Part shown: positions 1-7,144 of the stretch, one piece after another
How the letters are laid out: every line of letters begins with the position of its first letter
How positions within the stretch are numbered: the stretch's first letter is position 1
IMG/VR virus record: IMGVR_UViG_3300013014_000020
Location: 1-64,000 of that record
DNA length: 64,000 bases
Origin: a virus
Strand: one strand, 5' to 3'
Notes under the pieces: model-generated
The model's database searches: none
What the model was told of the DNA's origin: nothing
Seen by the model: only the letters and a program-made list of their open reading frames with translations
Translations under genes and position numbers: made by a program

Positions 1-28
1 ATAATCTTGGTGGATTAAATAAATCCAT
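1..28 (-). CDS. 5' end of a gene running off the left edge (MDLFNPPRL...)
   Basis: ATG at 28 on the minus strand, 3 nt after the stop of the 32..310 ORF; frame open to the window edge. Confidence 0.5.
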
Positions 29-31
29 TTT

Positions 32-310
32 TTATTTTTCTAATTCTGAAATTTGGCCTTCAGCTTGTGGTTCAAACATTTGTCCATTTTGTTCCTTGAA
101 CTCAACAATAGAATTTAATTCTGCTTCATCCACAACACTAAACGGAACTTCCTGTTCGCCAACTGTAACATTCAGTTTTTCAACTTCTTGTTGTTCGGCC
201 ATTTGTTTCATTAATTTGTTTAAAGCATTTTGCATTGCGTATTTTTCGTTTGAAACTTTTTTGTTTCTTTTTTCAATTTTTGCTCTATGAGCTTTTGCTG
301 TTTTTCCCAT
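32..310 (-). CDS. hypothetical protein (basic N-terminus, acidic C-terminus)
   Basis: 92-aa ORF tightly packed in a minus-strand operon. Confidence 0.7.
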   Translation of the reverse strand: MGKTAKAHRAKIEKRNKKVSNEKYAMQNALNKLMKQMAEQQEVEKLNVTVGEQEVPFSVVDEAELNSIVEFKEQNGQMFEPQAEGQISELEK

Positions 311-321
311 TTTTATTTATA

Positions 322-732
322 TTAATCGTTTAAAATTTCTTGTTCATCATCCTGTGGAATAATATATGTTGTCTCAACTTTTTGTTTTGATAATCTATTT
401 TCTTCAAACCATTCAACTATTGCATTAATTGCCCATACTGAACCGGCGGATAACATACCATCAAAGAATACTGAAAAATATTCGTTAAGTCCAATAATAG
501 TGTGAACTGGTGAGAACATTGTTAATGATAAAAAGAATCCAACCCAGGTACTAGTACAAAGTGGGCAGACAATAAGTTCTGATAGAAAACTAAAAATTGG
601 TCTTAATAATTTAAAACCTTCTTCTGAACTTTGTTTATGAATAAAATTTCTTACACCATTAAATATGGATCCATAAACTAATATGGTTGTCATGCCGTAA
701 GCTGCTAACATAAAAATCACTAAACTTGTCAT
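322..732 (-). CDS. DUF1360-like membrane protein
   Basis: Several hydrophobic segments and a CPLCTSTWVG motif resembling the DUF1360 CPxCxxxW signature. Confidence 0.65.
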   Translation of the reverse strand: MTSLVIFMLAAYGMTTILVYGSIFNGVRNFIHKQSSEEGFKLLRPIFSFLSELIVCPLCTSTWVGFFLSLTMFSPVHTIIGLNEYFSVFFDGMLSAGSVWAINAIVEWFEENRLSKQKVETTYIIPQDDEQEILND

Positions 733-1355
733 ACTGTATCATTTAAATTTGACCCCCTCATAAAAATAGCTTTTAAAGGATTTTTCGTATTTTGGAGGTC
801 TTGGTTTATTTTTTCTAAATTTTTTATTTTTTCATTTTTTTCTGTGAGTTCTTTTCTCAACTTTTGTAGGGTCTCTTGAAGCATTTTTTCGTTTGTTTTG
901 TCTAAACTTATGTCTAAATTACGGCTAACTTCGTCTAATTCTTTATCCTTTTTAGAAATTTCATTTTCAAAGTATTTGATTTTTTCAAGTAGTTCAGTTT
1001 CACCCGTCTTGTCACTAATATATTCTACTTTTGTGACAACTTTTTCTACTGGAACTTCTTTTATAATCACCTTCTCAACAATGACTTCCTTAATAACCTC
1101 AACTGGTACTTCCACCCGTATTTCACGGATTACCTCAATTTCTACCTGTTTTTCACCAACAATACCCGTTTTTAAGTCTTTTTCACCATCATTAAGTGTT
1201 TTCCCCAAAAGACCATACTTCTCAATGTTAAACCCACTGTCAAAACATTTCTTAATGAAACCATCAACATCTTCAATGTTATTTAGGTTACAATAACTTT
1301 CAACACTTTTACTAAAAATTTTTGAGTACTTCGGTTCCATTTTCAATATCTTCAA
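729..1355 (-). CDS. coiled-coil protein with V/E/K/P-rich (VEVPVEVIKEV) repeats
   Basis: Central IEVIREIRVEVPVEVIKEVIVEKVIIKEVPVEKVVTKVE tract followed by a heptad-like helix; the true start may be the second Met. Confidence 0.7.
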   Translation of the reverse strand: MKILKMEPKYSKIFSKSVESYCNLNNIEDVDGFIKKCFDSGFNIEKYGLLGKTLNDGEKDLKTGIVGEKQVEIEVIREIRVEVPVEVIKEVIVEKVIIKEVPVEKVVTKVEYISDKTGETELLEKIKYFENEISKKDKELDEVSRNLDISLDKTNEKMLQETLQKLRKELTEKNEKIKNLEKINQDLQNTKNPLKAIFMRGSNLNDTV

Positions 1356-2091
1356 AAGATTTTATTGCGAACTTCAAAAACGGTTTTGGGTTTTCAAGGT
1401 CTGTATAGGTATATTCTTTAGTTCCGAAATCATAAGTTCCGAAACCGTGGTTTCTGATGCTCTCTCCAATGTTCTGTTGAATTGGTGATCCAATCATATA
1501 TCCTTTACCAGTTTTAAACTTAAATTCCTGTCTTTTATGGATATCTCCACATAATACAATATCAAGTCCGTTAAACTTTTCAACATCATATGCTTCTTCA
1601 CCAAAGTCAAAACCAAGATCTGTTTTCATCCCTTGGATTGGTCCGTGAAATAAACCAACTTTAATTCCGGTTGCAACATTCAAATCTGGTGGTATGTTTC
1701 CTTGGTATTGTGAGTAAACACACCAACTAACATTATCATCCTCATAAACACCACGGTCCTTGTAATAAACAATGTTTTTGTTATTTAATGAATCAATAAT
1801 CGGAGATAAAGCGTCTAACCTATCAGTATTATTCACAAGGAAATCGTGGTTACCAGGAATAATAATTGTTTTTGCAATATATGAACATTCAGTTAATAAC
1901 CATCTGACCATTTCTATCAATTCCGGTGTTAGTTGATTTTTTGAATGGACAAGGTCGCCAGTAAAAACGATTCTATCCGGTTTAATTTCTTTCCATTGGT
2001 TAATGGCATTTTCCATTATAGATCTATATAGATCGTGGTCTTTAAATAATCTGATGTGTAAATCAGAAAAGTGTACAAGTTTTTTTATCAT
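1312..2091 (-). CDS. Mre11/SbcD (T4 gp47-like) metallophosphoesterase nuclease
   Basis: Motifs SDLH, GDLVH, GNHD, FHG and GDIH in the canonical order. Confidence 0.88.
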   Translation of the reverse strand: MIKKLVHFSDLHIRLFKDHDLYRSIMENAINQWKEIKPDRIVFTGDLVHSKNQLTPELIEMVRWLLTECSYIAKTIIIPGNHDFLVNNTDRLDALSPIIDSLNNKNIVYYKDRGVYEDDNVSWCVYSQYQGNIPPDLNVATGIKVGLFHGPIQGMKTDLGFDFGEEAYDVEKFNGLDIVLCGDIHKRQEFKFKTGKGYMIGSPIQQNIGESIRNHGFGTYDFGTKEYTYTDLENPKPFLKFAIKSFEDIENGTEVLKNF

Positions 2092-2330
2092 TACATTACA
2101 ATTTTTGGGGGTGTTCCTAAATCATCATACCCATCATCTTTGAATGGGTTCGATGGTACGGGTACTGGTTCGAATCTATGTGGTACTATTGTTGATGGAT
2201 TGGGAAAAAATGGGTCAACATCTTTAACTTCATTCATTTTTTCAACAATTGGTGTTATTGGGATGTGTTTATCCTCTAACCTACCATATAGGTATCCTTC
2301 TAACCAAATATAAAATTCTTTGTGTGTCAT
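2091..2330 (-). CDS. hypothetical protein
   Basis: 79-aa ORF overlapping both neighbours at their start/stop codons. Confidence 0.7.
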   Translation of the reverse strand: MTHKEFYIWLEGYLYGRLEDKHIPITPIVEKMNEVKDVDPFFPNPSTIVPHRFEPVPVPSNPFKDDGYDDLGTPPKIVM

Positions 2331-2473
2331 ACTAATTCTCGATTATATAAATTTGCTAATATTATTCTTGCAAACTTAAATTCTTTTGCCTTATTTAATT
2401 TTAACCCATATGCGTTTGCAATAACTTTGAGGTGTGGGTAAGCCTCACTGATTGTCATTTTACCAATTTCCAT
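2327..2473 (-). CDS. small hypothetical protein, 48 aa (MEIGKMTISEAYPHLKVIANAYGLKLNKAKEFKFARIILANLYNRELV), absent from the ORF track
   Basis: Translated by hand; fills the gap exactly and ends in an ATGA overlap with the next gene. Confidence 0.7.
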   Translation of the reverse strand: MEIGKMTISEAYPHLKVIANAYGLKLNKAKEFKFARIILANLYNRELV

Positions 2474-2475
2474 AA

Positions 2476-2691
2476 TTAATCAATAAAAAGTTCAAAATCT
2501 TTATTTACGTGTCCACAATCATTACACATATAAGTTGGGAATGGTACAATTGTATCTTCAGAGCTGCCAGTCAAAAGTTTTGGAACTTTTTTAATCATTG
2601 TGACTTCTTTAAAGAATTTTGATTCACACTTTTCACATTTAACAGTTTCCTGTTGTTTTAAATCGATTCTAGGTTTAATAATGTCTTCCAT
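2476..2691 (-). CDS. zinc-ribbon protein
   Basis: CEKC and CNDC pairs in 71 aa. Confidence 0.75.
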   Translation of the reverse strand: MEDIIKPRIDLKQQETVKCEKCESKFFKEVTMIKKVPKLLTGSSEDTIVPFPTYMCNDCGHVNKDFELFID

Positions 2692-2697
2692 TTTATA

Positions 2698-3561
2698 TTA
2701 TTTTTTAAGTTTATTCAACATTGGTTTTATATTCATATCAAGTATAGTATTTATTGTGGATTTATCAACTCTGTATTCCACATATTCACGGTTTTCTGTG
2801 AGTCTTACAATGATACAACCTAACAATTTTATATCTTCGTACTTGGATCCTTCGAGCATTTTAAGAAGTAGTTTACCATATAATGGTAATTGAGTATTGT
2901 AATGGCCTAATGCGTTATTAGGTAGATATTGAAATGGGTATCTCATTGGTTTTGTATACCACTGTTTAATAAAATTTTTCTCTTGGTTACTTTTCCAATC
3001 TGTTATTAAAATACCGATTTCATTATTTTTACTTAAGACCAACCACGCTTTATCTGGTTGGCCTACATAGCCAAATTCTGGATGACCTAAAACAATCTCC
3101 GTATCAATTAAAACACATCCCCGTTCTTTTAATAATTCAATATAATTTTTACCACCTACAATCATTGAATCGCTCACAACAATTTGTTTCGCATCACATT
3201 CAAATATTGGTTTTCTAACTTCTTTATCTATATTAAATTCTTTTAAGGTGTGTTCTTCCAAATAATAATGAACTCTTGATCCCATATTTGTGGATTTTGT
3301 TCCTTTTTCAGCCCATTCCGCTAATAATCTTTCGGTTTCATCTGGATTTCCCCCAGACATTTCATACGCTTTTTTTTCTGTCGGAAATTCATCATAAAAT
3401 AATTTCATTACTTTTGATACAGATGGAAAATCTGATCTTAATGTTCCGTCTACATCCAACATTGTGTATTTATGCTCATCTTCTTCAAAGGTTAATTGAA
3501 ACTCTTTTTGTCTTTCAGATAAGATATTTCTTATTTCCTCCGCTACTTTATTTAAATCCAT
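2698..3561 (-). CDS. PD-(D/E)XK family exonuclease
   Basis: PSVS start motif, GSRVH, E..., GQPD, ITDWKS and HYNTQLPLY (QLxxY). Confidence 0.8.
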   Translation of the reverse strand: MDLNKVAEEIRNILSERQKEFQLTFEEDEHKYTMLDVDGTLRSDFPSVSKVMKLFYDEFPTEKKAYEMSGGNPDETERLLAEWAEKGTKSTNMGSRVHYYLEEHTLKEFNIDKEVRKPIFECDAKQIVVSDSMIVGGKNYIELLKERGCVLIDTEIVLGHPEFGYVGQPDKAWLVLSKNNEIGILITDWKSNQEKNFIKQWYTKPMRYPFQYLPNNALGHYNTQLPLYGKLLLKMLEGSKYEDIKLLGCIIVRLTENREYVEYRVDKSTINTILDMNIKPMLNKLKK

Positions 3562-4463
3562 TAGTCTCTTATTTCAATATAATAATCATTTATTTGTCCT
3601 TTTAAATCACAGACATCTCTATCATCCGGAAGTCTAACAATCTTAACCCTACCCCACAGTTCACCTCCATTTAATTCGTGATATAATTTAACAGCGTTAT
3701 TCCAAGCATCACCATCCAAACAAATTATAACATTTCCTTTTGCATTATTGTAGATTGTTTCAAAAAGGAGTTCCGACATATGTTTTCCAAGCATTACAAC
3801 TGGATTATCTAAAAACATTCCATCAAATGCACCCTCAACTAAGTATATATCTTTGTTCCAATCAATTAAATTTTCCCAAAATATAATTTGGTCTTTTTCT
3901 GCTTCTGGATTTCTATATTTGGCCCTACTATTAACGTCCCAACTTCTACCGACATAATAGTTTAAATCACCTTTTGCGTTGTATGATGGTATAATAATTC
4001 TACCCATATGACTTCCTTTATCGCAAAAACCAATTCCAAACCTTTCGATTATTTCATCATTTATTCCTCTGCTTTTAAGGTAATTGTAAGCTTGTTTTCT
4101 AACCGGATATACTGGGTGTGAGTCTTTGAATAATGTAAAGCTATCAGGAAGTACAACTTTTGATTTTTTTACTTTTACAACTTTTTCGGTTTCATCTGGT
4201 CTTAAAATATTATAAAGTTTTTTTAACTTTCTATTACCAAACTTATCAAAAAGTTTTCCTAAATTACCGTGAGTTCCTTCACTGTCGCCACAAGCCCAAC
4301 ATTTATAAACACCATCAAAGTAATTTACTTCAAGGTTGTGTTTGTTTCTTTCATCATCACACACTGGACAGTTAAATGAGATTTGACCACGATTAGCATA
4401 GTGTAATCCGTGGTCACCCAAAACTTCTTCTAATAATTCTACGATTGCTTCTTGTTCATCCAT
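3561..4463 (-). CDS. dnaG: DNA primase (Zn finger + TOPRIM)
   Basis: CPVC...CWAC zinc finger, YLKSRGI, RIIIP, VEGAFD and LDGD TOPRIM motifs. Confidence 0.88.
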   Translation of the reverse strand: MDEQEAIVELLEEVLGDHGLHYANRGQISFNCPVCDDERNKHNLEVNYFDGVYKCWACGDSEGTHGNLGKLFDKFGNRKLKKLYNILRPDETEKVVKVKKSKVVLPDSFTLFKDSHPVYPVRKQAYNYLKSRGINDEIIERFGIGFCDKGSHMGRIIIPSYNAKGDLNYYVGRSWDVNSRAKYRNPEAEKDQIIFWENLIDWNKDIYLVEGAFDGMFLDNPVVMLGKHMSELLFETIYNNAKGNVIICLDGDAWNNAVKLYHELNGGELWGRVKIVRLPDDRDVCDLKGQINDYYIEIRD

Positions 4464-4470
4464 TCACTAT

Positions 4471-4499
4471 AATATAAGTGAATTTTTTAACTTAATCAA
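4471..4499 (-). promoter_or_regulatory. sigma70-type promoter TTGATT-N17-TATATT upstream of primase
   Basis: Read directly; 17-nt spacer. Confidence 0.55.
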
Positions 4500-5016
4500 A
4501 TATTAATTTTTTTCCATTTCTTTTTGATTCATATAAATCAGAAACATTGATATAGTGTTTTAGAAATCTTTTTTCGTCAATTGAATTTGCATCAATTTTA
4601 ATATTTTCGTCTTTGTGCTCGCACTTTGAGACCTGGATTGTAGACCAAACCCATAAATTTTCATATAACCAGGTATTAACCATATAATCATAATCCCAAT
4701 TATTTTTTTCACACTCTTTATGGATATGTCTTCCAATTTCTACGGTACCAATTACATGATCACCAAGTTTTTCTCTTTTTTCAATTGATTTTTCAGTTCT
4801 TATCGCAAGACTTAAACCGCCTTGTGTTCCAATACCCATATAACCTAAACCACGGTATGAATCAAGTTTCAAATCAGCTTCTGGTGTATTTAAATTTATT
4901 GCATTTTTTAAATCTATTAGTTTTCTGTAGAAATACCTTTGGTACTTTTCTTTGTTTTCATTCCAATAATGGTCTCTTCTATACTCATTAAAATATTTTT
5001 TTACGTCTATGCCCAT
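4492..5016 (-). CDS. hypothetical protein (possible His-Me/HNH-like DHVIG motif)
   Basis: 174-aa ORF with its own promoter; DHVIG followed later by EH is only weakly nuclease-like. Confidence 0.6.
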   Translation of the reverse strand: MGIDVKKYFNEYRRDHYWNENKEKYQRYFYRKLIDLKNAINLNTPEADLKLDSYRGLGYMGIGTQGGLSLAIRTEKSIEKREKLGDHVIGTVEIGRHIHKECEKNNWDYDYMVNTWLYENLWVWSTIQVSKCEHKDENIKIDANSIDEKRFLKHYINVSDLYESKRNGKKLIFD

Positions 5017-5036
5017 ACTGAAATTATATTATTCTA

Positions 5037-5067
5037 CAAAGATAAGTAAAATATTTTAATTAAACAA
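5037..5067 (-). promoter_or_regulatory. Bacteroidota-type promoter TTG-N20-TATCTTTG
   Basis: Exact TAnnTTTG (-7) element with TTG 20 nt upstream. Confidence 0.6.
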
Positions 5068-5092
5068 CTTCAAAAGATTTTTTTATTTTCTA

Positions 5093-5100
5093 TATTTATA
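5093..5100 (+). promoter_or_regulatory. TATTTATA putative late promoter element
   Basis: 5 nt before the ATG at 5106; the same motif precedes many structural genes. Confidence 0.6.
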
Positions 5101-5105
5101 TCTAT

Positions 5106-5327
5106 ATGCCTATAGACATAACAATTAACGATATTTCTGGTCAAACACCATTTGATGTTTACGTATGTAACACCGGACAGACATATTGTGTTTATTCGGC
5201 GACAATAACATCTGGTAACTTACCTTACACTTTTGAAGTTCCAATTTCTTTTCTAAACTCTGAAAGTGTTAATTTAAGAATTATTGATGATAATGACTGT
5301 CAAATAAATCAAATACTCATAATATAA
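5106..5327 (+). CDS. small virion-type protein, paralog of 14703..15005
   Basis: Shared pattern I..I(S/T)G..PF..Y.C.....CVY...IT......P..F......L..ID...C. Confidence 0.75.
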   Translation: MPIDITINDISGQTPFDVYVCNTGQTYCVYSATITSGNLPYTFEVPISFLNSESVNLRIIDDNDCQINQILII

Positions 5328-6403
5328 TGGCTTGTACTGAAATAAATTTTTGTGTAGATTCTGGTGGTAACCTTTATGATGGTGAATACTCAACAGATAC
5401 CAGTACATATAATGGGTTTACTTCTTATACTGGTGATAGTGTACCATTTTTTATTTACTATTCATTAACTGAAGATAGATGGTGTTTATCTACAAGTTTG
5501 GGTGGTTCTTGTTTACAATTTGGTCCGGTTGGTATTGTTAGTGATTGTCCTGATTTTGATGAAAGTTTTTTTATAACTGGAATTTGCATTACAACCACAA
5601 CAACAACTTCTCCTTGTGATGTTTTTGATTTTGAGGCGATTTTTGATTGTTTGGTCCCAACGACTACCACAACAACCACGGTAGTTCCAACAACAACTAC
5701 AACAACTACAATCCCTTTTGATCCTTGTACTGGAGTGTCGGTAAATGCCTCAATAACTGCTTATACAACGACAACAACAACAATACCTGTTACAACCACA
5801 ACAACAACAGAAATTATAAGACCTTGTAATTTTGATGGTATTGTAACATTTAATACATTTGATGAATATATGAGATGTGGTAATAGTAAGAAATTTAGAG
5901 ATTGTTTAACGGGTCTTGAATATTTTTCAAATGAATTAGTATTTAACGAATCTGGTGATACTTTAATTCAAAATTGGGTTTATAAATCAACAATAAATGG
6001 TGTGTCGACTTGTGTTACGTTTATGGGTCTGGTTGATAACATTAGTGGTTCAGATTTGGTTGTAATAAATGAAACTTTAGGTTCCGAATTACAAGGTGCT
6101 TGCTTAGAGTGTGTTCCGGATCAAACAACTACAACAACCACAACGGTCGCACCAACAACAACCACCACAACAACTGCTGGTTGTCAAATAATTCAATATA
6201 TTGTGCAAAATAATGGAATTACTATTCAAGAGCTTAAATATTTTGATTGTGATGGTAATACAATAAATTGTATAATTGGTACTGGTATTAATTCAACTAG
6301 AAAAATATGTTCAAGTAATCTTCCGATTGTATTACCTAATTCCAATGTTTTGGTATATCCAGTTGTTCCACAAACATTTTGTAGTTCTGTAACAATTTGT
6401 TAA
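5327..6403 (+). CDS. Cys-rich virion/fibre protein with multiple poly-Thr tracts
   Basis: Seven Thr6-7 runs separating Cys-containing beta-rich modules. Confidence 0.75.
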   Translation: MACTEINFCVDSGGNLYDGEYSTDTSTYNGFTSYTGDSVPFFIYYSLTEDRWCLSTSLGGSCLQFGPVGIVSDCPDFDESFFITGICITTTTTTSPCDVFDFEAIFDCLVPTTTTTTTVVPTTTTTTTIPFDPCTGVSVNASITAYTTTTTTIPVTTTTTTEIIRPCNFDGIVTFNTFDEYMRCGNSKKFRDCLTGLEYFSNELVFNESGDTLIQNWVYKSTINGVSTCVTFMGLVDNISGSDLVVINETLGSELQGACLECVPDQTTTTTTTVAPTTTTTTTAGCQIIQYIVQNNGITIQELKYFDCDGNTINCIIGTGINSTRKICSSNLPIVLPNSNVLVYPVVPQTFCSSVTIC

Positions 6404-6431
6404 AAAAAAATATCGTCTAAAAAGACGATAT
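6402..6431. terminator. intrinsic terminator between convergent genes
   Basis: Stem ATATCGTCT/AGACGATAT, 4-nt loop, A9 run on the left (U-tract on the minus strand). Confidence 0.7.
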
Positions 6432-6486
6432 CTAATTTTATATGTGTTTTAACATATAATTTTAATTATATGTGATTTATCATATA

Positions 6487-7095
6487 TTACTTCCAAATTT
6501 CTTTTAACCTCATAAACCCTAAAACACAAGTATAGGCATCTGTTTGGTCAAAATTTTCTTTTTTAAGTGTATTGTTTTTTGTATAACCCCAAGTTATTTG
6601 TGGTTCACGTTTTGCAACCCTTTCCCAAATTAACATTTTTTTATCAATATCTTTTGGTAAACCACCAAATAAAACATATTTACCCTTATCATTTTCTTTA
6701 ACAAATTCTGGCCAAGCGTATTTTCTTGAGTTATAAGTTGATATAAATTCCGGAACAATACCTAAAATATTATATATTTCTTTACAAACAAAACTATTAA
6801 ATCTTAATAGGGTTTGGATTGTATATACATTATTTGAATTTAACAATGGTTCTTCGATAATTACCTTAACAATTCCCAAATTAACATATTGTTTTAGTTT
6901 TTCGGCAAAAATCTCCGATTTTAAAATTAATTCTTTTAATTTATCATCATCACCCTTAACAATTTTTGGTCTTGGTGAAATATGTGTTAATTCCAATAAT
7001 TCTTGGTTTTGTACGTCAAATAAAGCCCAACCAATTGTACGGGTTGAGATATCTAATCCCAATACTTTTGGTGAATTTTTAATTTGTTTTCCCAT
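6487..7095 (-). CDS. RuvC-like Holliday junction resolvase
   Basis: VLGLDISTRTIGWA, IIEEP and DQTDA acidic motifs of the RNase H fold. Confidence 0.8.
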   Translation of the reverse strand: MGKQIKNSPKVLGLDISTRTIGWALFDVQNQELLELTHISPRPKIVKGDDDKLKELILKSEIFAEKLKQYVNLGIVKVIIEEPLLNSNNVYTIQTLLRFNSFVCKEIYNILGIVPEFISTYNSRKYAWPEFVKENDKGKYVLFGGLPKDIDKKMLIWERVAKREPQITWGYTKNNTLKKENFDQTDAYTCVLGFMRLKEIWK

Positions 7096-7144
7096 AATAA
7101 TCTTTTTATTAAGATTATAACTTAAAAGGTATAAAACTAAATAA

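Noticed and set aside
2698-3561. Cas4 of a CRISPR system
   Set aside because: No four-Cys Fe-S cluster motif, no cas genes or array; sits next to primase like ordinary phage exonucleases
5590-6180. ACA/ACC-rich periodic repeats as a CRISPR array or microsatellite
   Set aside because: They are in-frame Thr codons with mixed synonymous usage; there is no constant repeat with unique spacers
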